A DNA stretch of 64,000 nucleotides from an uncultured Acidimicrobiia bacterium (GTDB lineage: Bacteria; Actinomycetota; Acidimicrobiia; Acidimicrobiales; AC-14): contig CAWIIV010000017.1 of NCBI GenBank assembly GCA_963836205.1, forward strand, positions 64,001 to 128,000, written 5' to 3'. Under the pieces are notes generated by a model. The model was given only the letters and a program-made list of their open reading frames with translations, had not been told where the DNA came from and did not search any database. Within the stretch, counting starts at the first letter, position 1. Each line of letters begins with the position of its first letter. Position numbers and translations under genes: made by a program. Of the stretch, positions 60,901-64,000 are shown one piece after another.

Positions 60901-61204
60901 CGGTGTCGGCCAGCCGGGCCTGGTAGGCGACGAGGACGTCCTCGATGGGCCGGCCGTCGCTGGTGACGAGCTGGGGCGCGGGGCGGACGAACTGGACGTT
61001 GTTGTCGGGCAGGAACGTGGCCGTTCCCGACATCGGAGCGTCGACCGTCACCCCGATGGGTCCCGACTGGCGCTCGAGGCCTCGCCGGACCAGGGCGTAG
61101 TTGAGGGTGAGCAGCACCGCCCCCGCGGCCAGGAACAGGCCGCCGTAGAGCAGGGTGAGGCGCAGGCGGATGGTGGGCTGGAAGCTCACGGCGGCCCCGG
61201 TCAC
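57982..61204 (-). CDS. HAMP sensor histidine kinase split by a group II intron (exons 61204-60084 and 58126-57982)
   Basis: ANASHELRTPL, NLVQNAVRHN; spliced junction GAGLGLSIVRAV-AKAHGGEVKATARPDGGL is in frame. Confidence 0.92.
58127..60083 (-). mobile_element. group II intron
   Basis: 5' GTTGCG, 3' CTACCAAT, domain V GAAAGCCGTATGCGGGAAAACCGCACGTACGGATTG; EBS1 candidate ACGGCG (59857-59862) pairs with the exon end CGCCGT. Confidence 0.93.
58239..59579 (-). CDS. ltrA: group II intron reverse transcriptase/maturase (no endonuclease domain)
   Basis: GAAGVD, RPLGIPTVRDR, GTPQGG, RYADD, FDFLG, RGWGNYF. Confidence 0.95.
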   Translation of the reverse strand: MAGNARPNSPGGQPPTDNVRKLQNRLWAAAKQSPGRRFHALFDRIHRSDVLWTAWERVRANRGAAGVDRLTLEAVEDYGVGRVLDELSRDLRAGTYRPSPVRRVEIPKPDGRMRPLGIPTVRDRVCQAAAKIVLEPIFEADFLPQSFGFRPKRSATDALEAIRVSFPRGRQFVFEADIRDFFGQIDHDRLLSLVGERVSDRRVLKLIRQWLRAGVLVEGVRSETVTGTPQGGVISPLLANIYLHAFDRSWAESGTGELVRYADDFVVLCTTRSQAETAQARAAALLGDLGLSLHPDKTRVVDLREGKEGFDFLGCHLHARMSGRLWEQQRVIRYYLHRWPSQRSMKRARQRVKALTGRNRVGMELEDVIYDLNLFLRGWGNYFRTGNAANKFVSLDRHVVWRLKRLLIKKRGRNLRAGQADCWTRTWFHGQGLHQLMGTIRYPKAS

Positions 61205-61863
61205 GGGATGCGGTAGCCGGCGCCGGCCACCGTCTCCACCAGGGGCGGGTTGCCGAGCTTGCGCCGGAGCTTGACCATGGTGACCCGCACGGCGTTGGTG
61301 AAGGGGTCGGCGTGCTCGTCCCACGCCCGCTCCAGCAGCTCCTCTGCGCTCACCACCGCCCCGTCGGCCGCCAGCAGCACCTCCAGCACCGCCAGCTCCT
61401 TGTTGGTGAGGCGGAGGAAGTGGCCGTCCCGGCTGGCCACCCGGCGGGCGGGGTCGACGGTGACGCCGCCCCGCACGATCACCGGGGGCAGGGCCGGCCG
61501 CGACCGGCGGGCGAGGGCTCGGACCCGGGCCACCAGCTCGGCGAAGGCGAACGGCTTGGGCAGGTAGTCGTCGGCGCCCAGGGTGAGCCCGTCGACCCGG
61601 TCGTCGACCCCACCGGACGCGGTCAGCATGAGAATCCTCGGCGCCGCGGCGTCGAGGCTGCCGGTGACCTTGCGGCACACGTCGTCGCCGTGGACGCCGG
61701 GGAGGTCGCGGTCGAGAACGACCACGTCGTAGCGGTAGACGGCGATGCGTTCGAGGGCCGATGCACCGTCGTGGACGACGTCGACCGCCATCGCCTCCCG
61801 GCGCAGCCCGCGGGCGATGGCGTCGGCCAGGACCGTCTCGTCTTCGACTACCAACACTCGCAT
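61201..61863 (-). CDS. OmpR-family response regulator
   Basis: MRVLVVEDE, LDRDLPG, GADDYLPKPF, KLRRKLG, GAGYRI. Confidence 0.95.
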   Translation of the reverse strand: MRVLVVEDETVLADAIARGLRREAMAVDVVHDGASALERIAVYRYDVVVLDRDLPGVHGDDVCRKVTGSLDAAAPRILMLTASGGVDDRVDGLTLGADDYLPKPFAFAELVARVRALARRSRPALPPVIVRGGVTVDPARRVASRDGHFLRLTNKELAVLEVLLAADGAVVSAEELLERAWDEHADPFTNAVRVTMVKLRRKLGNPPLVETVAGAGYRIP

Positions 61864-61995
61864 CTCGATCCCCAGGCTGCGCTTCCGGCCATAACGCTGA
61901 CATAACCAACTGGGTTTACGGCGTCGATAGGGCCGATTTCGTCCACTGGCGGTGGCCGTGGGCGGCGATCGTCCGCCCGGCCAGGAGGATTCGCC

Positions 61996-62682
61996 GTGAG
62001 ACGACACCGGAGAGGCCGGCGCCTGCTGGTGGCGCCGGCGATCTTGATGGCCGTGGCCCTGGCCGTCGCCACCGCCGGCTGCGGGGGTTCGCCGTCGGCC
62101 GATGCTCAGGTTGCGTCCGCCAACGGGACGGAAGGGGTGAAGGCCAAGGCCAAGGATGCGGCCACCAAGAAGGCCGACGCCGAGAAGGCCGGGCTCGAGT
62201 TCGCCAGGTGCATGCGAGAGCACGGCGTCGACATGCCCGATCCCAAGAGCGGGCCCGACGGCAACGGCTTCATCATGGTCGGCCCGTCGGCCGCGACCGC
62301 CACCGCCACCGCCACCGCCACCGCCGGTGAGCCGATCGCCGGCGAAGGCCTGCCAGAGGAGTTCAAGGAGGCCGACGAGGCCTGCCGGCACCTCCTCGAC
62401 GACCTCATCCAGGACGGCGGTCCGCCGATGGACGCCGAGGCCCAGGACAAGGCCCTCAAGTTCGCCAAGTGCATGCGGGAGCACGGCGTCGACATGCCCG
62501 ACCCAGACTTCTCGGGCGGCGGCGGTGGGTTCAGCATTCGCATCGGCGGCGAGGGCGGAGGCATCGACCCTGGCTCGCAGACGTTCCAGGACGCCCAGAA
62601 GGCGTGTGGCGGGATGTTCGGGCCGGGCGGGGACGGGCCCGGCGAGGTCCACTCGATCACCTCGGGCGCGGTGCGGTCGTGA
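61996..62682 (+). CDS. lipoprotein with duplicated FAxCMREHGVDMPDP motif
   Basis: Lipobox TAGC; two internal repeats. Confidence 0.82.
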   Translation: MRRHRRGRRLLVAPAILMAVALAVATAGCGGSPSADAQVASANGTEGVKAKAKDAATKKADAEKAGLEFARCMREHGVDMPDPKSGPDGNGFIMVGPSAATATATATATAGEPIAGEGLPEEFKEADEACRHLLDDLIQDGGPPMDAEAQDKALKFAKCMREHGVDMPDPDFSGGGGGFSIRIGGEGGGIDPGSQTFQDAQKACGGMFGPGGDGPGEVHSITSGAVRS

Positions 62683-63860
62683 GCCGGCGGGGAGCGATGG
62701 TCGACGACGGGCCGCCGGTCGTCTTCGACGGCCAGGCGCCGTGGGACCCCCGACAGCGGTGGTCGCCGCCGGTCGGCCGGGGGCGGCGGCGGCGGACGAG
62801 GGTGGCGGCGCTGGCCGTCACCGCCGGCCTCCTGGCCACGGCCGGCGTGATCGTCGTGTCCCGGTCGGTCGGGGGCGGCGGCGCGGGCGCGGGCGGGGCG
62901 GCGGCGGGCCCGGCCACGTCGACCGCCAAGGTCACCCGCCAGGACCTGGTCGCCCGCACCGAGGTCGACGGCACCCTCGGCTACTCGGGGGAGATGGGCG
63001 TGGTCAACCAGGCCCAGGGCACGGTGACGTCGGTCCCCAAGGTGGGCACGGTCGTGGAGCGGGGCCAGACGTTGTACTCGGTCGCCAACCGCCCCGTCCC
63101 CCTGCTCTTCGGCGAGCTCCCCGCCTGGCGGCGCATGGCCCAGGACGTCGACGGCGCCGACGCCCTCCAGCTCGAGCAGAACCTGGTGGCCCTCGGCCAC
63201 GCCTCCGAGTCGGAGATGCTGGTCGACGGCAAGTTCACCGCCGCCACCACCGCCGCCGTCAAGCGCTGGCAGAAGGCCATGGGGGTGGATCAGACGGGCG
63301 TGGTCGAGCTGGGGGAAGCGGTGTTCCTGCCCGGCGCCCTGCGGGTGGCGGACGTGAACGCGGCCGTCGGCGGCGGCGCCCCGCCCGGGTCGCCGATCCT
63401 CACCGGCACCTCGACCGACCGGGTGGTGCAGGTCGACCTCGACGCCACCAAGCAGTCGCTGGTGAAGGCGGGCGACCCGGTGGAGATCAAGCTCCCCAAC
63501 GGGTCGACGACGCCGGGAACGGTGGCCGAGGTCGGAACCGTGGCCCGGGCCGCCGGCCAGGGAGACAGTCGCCGGCTGATCTCGATGACGATCACCCCCG
63601 ACGATCCGTCCGCCACCGGCGCCCTCGACCAGGCCCCGGTGAAGGTGGGGATCACCAGCTCCCGGCGGGAGGGCGTGCTGGCGGTGCCGGTGAACGCCCT
63701 CCTGGCCCTGGCCGAGGGCGGCTACGGGGTCCGGGTGGTGGACGGCGCCCCCGAGGGCCGGATCGTGGTGGTAGAGACCGGTCTGTTCTCCCGAGGCCTG
63801 GTGGAGGTCAGCGGCGAGGGTCTGTCCGAGGGCACCGACGTGGAGGTGCCGGCATCGTGA
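62679..63860 (+). CDS. efflux adaptor / peptidoglycan-binding domain protein
   Basis: TM, DGTLGY, QLEQNLVALG...TTAAVKRWQ, VLAVPVNAL. Confidence 0.85.
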   Translation: MSRRGAMVDDGPPVVFDGQAPWDPRQRWSPPVGRGRRRRTRVAALAVTAGLLATAGVIVVSRSVGGGGAGAGGAAAGPATSTAKVTRQDLVARTEVDGTLGYSGEMGVVNQAQGTVTSVPKVGTVVERGQTLYSVANRPVPLLFGELPAWRRMAQDVDGADALQLEQNLVALGHASESEMLVDGKFTAATTAAVKRWQKAMGVDQTGVVELGEAVFLPGALRVADVNAAVGGGAPPGSPILTGTSTDRVVQVDLDATKQSLVKAGDPVEIKLPNGSTTPGTVAEVGTVARAAGQGDSRRLISMTITPDDPSATGALDQAPVKVGITSSRREGVLAVPVNALLALAEGGYGVRVVDGAPEGRIVVVETGLFSRGLVEVSGEGLSEGTDVEVPAS

Positions 63861-64000
63861 CCTCGGGCACCAACGTGGTGGAGCTGCGGGGGGTGGCCAA
63901 GCGCTACCCGGGGGCGCCGCCGGTGGAGGTCCTGCGAGGGATCGACCTGGAGATCGGGGCGGGCGAGCTGCTCGCCATCGTGGGGCCGTCGGGGTCGGGC
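63857..64000 (+). CDS. ABC transporter ATP-binding protein, N-terminus (runs off window)
   Basis: VELRGVAKRY...GELLAIVGPSGSG. Confidence 0.88.
   Translation, partial: MTSGTNVVELRGVAKRYPGAPPVEVLRGIDLEIGAGELLAIVGPSGSG

Noticed and set aside
62290-62326. (GCCACC)n repeat in the lipoprotein gene as a phase-variation switch
   Set aside because: In-frame hexamer encoding an Ala-Thr linker; length changes would not shift the frame.

Overview
High-GC actinobacterial chromosome segment, most like Acidimicrobiia (inferred from gene content and order). The housekeeping backbone includes prs, glmU, tRNA-Gln, bS22, rsmA, tatD, metG, rsmI, ychF, bL37, bioB-bsaP, a sugar ABC transporter, glgC/glgA and terC. 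Four accessory features stand out. (1) A 7.8-kb element with three tyrosine-recombinase-like genes plus a TnpC-like gene (19492-27284) sits inside the 3' end of msrA. It is flanked by CAGGCC direct repeats and TTTCGT/ACGAAA terminal inverted repeats, and the displaced msrA tail with its last Cys lies at 19444-19491. (2) A cell-surface cluster (46.3-55.6 kb) encodes an RCC1-repeat protein with a C-terminal sorting-like tail, an unannotated 59-aa LAxTG micropeptide, a GT2, an exosortase-family protein, a WsfD-like membrane glycosyltransferase fusion and WecB, flanked by two BTAD regulators. (3) A group II intron (58127-60083) splits a sensor kinase, and splicing would restore the reading frame. 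(4) A membrane-targeted ORF ending in RGPP lies upstream of terC, with a decayed second copy nearby. Several single-base frameshifts cluster in the accessory DNA and could be decay or assembly error. All calls come from reading the sequence and recognising motifs; no searches were run.
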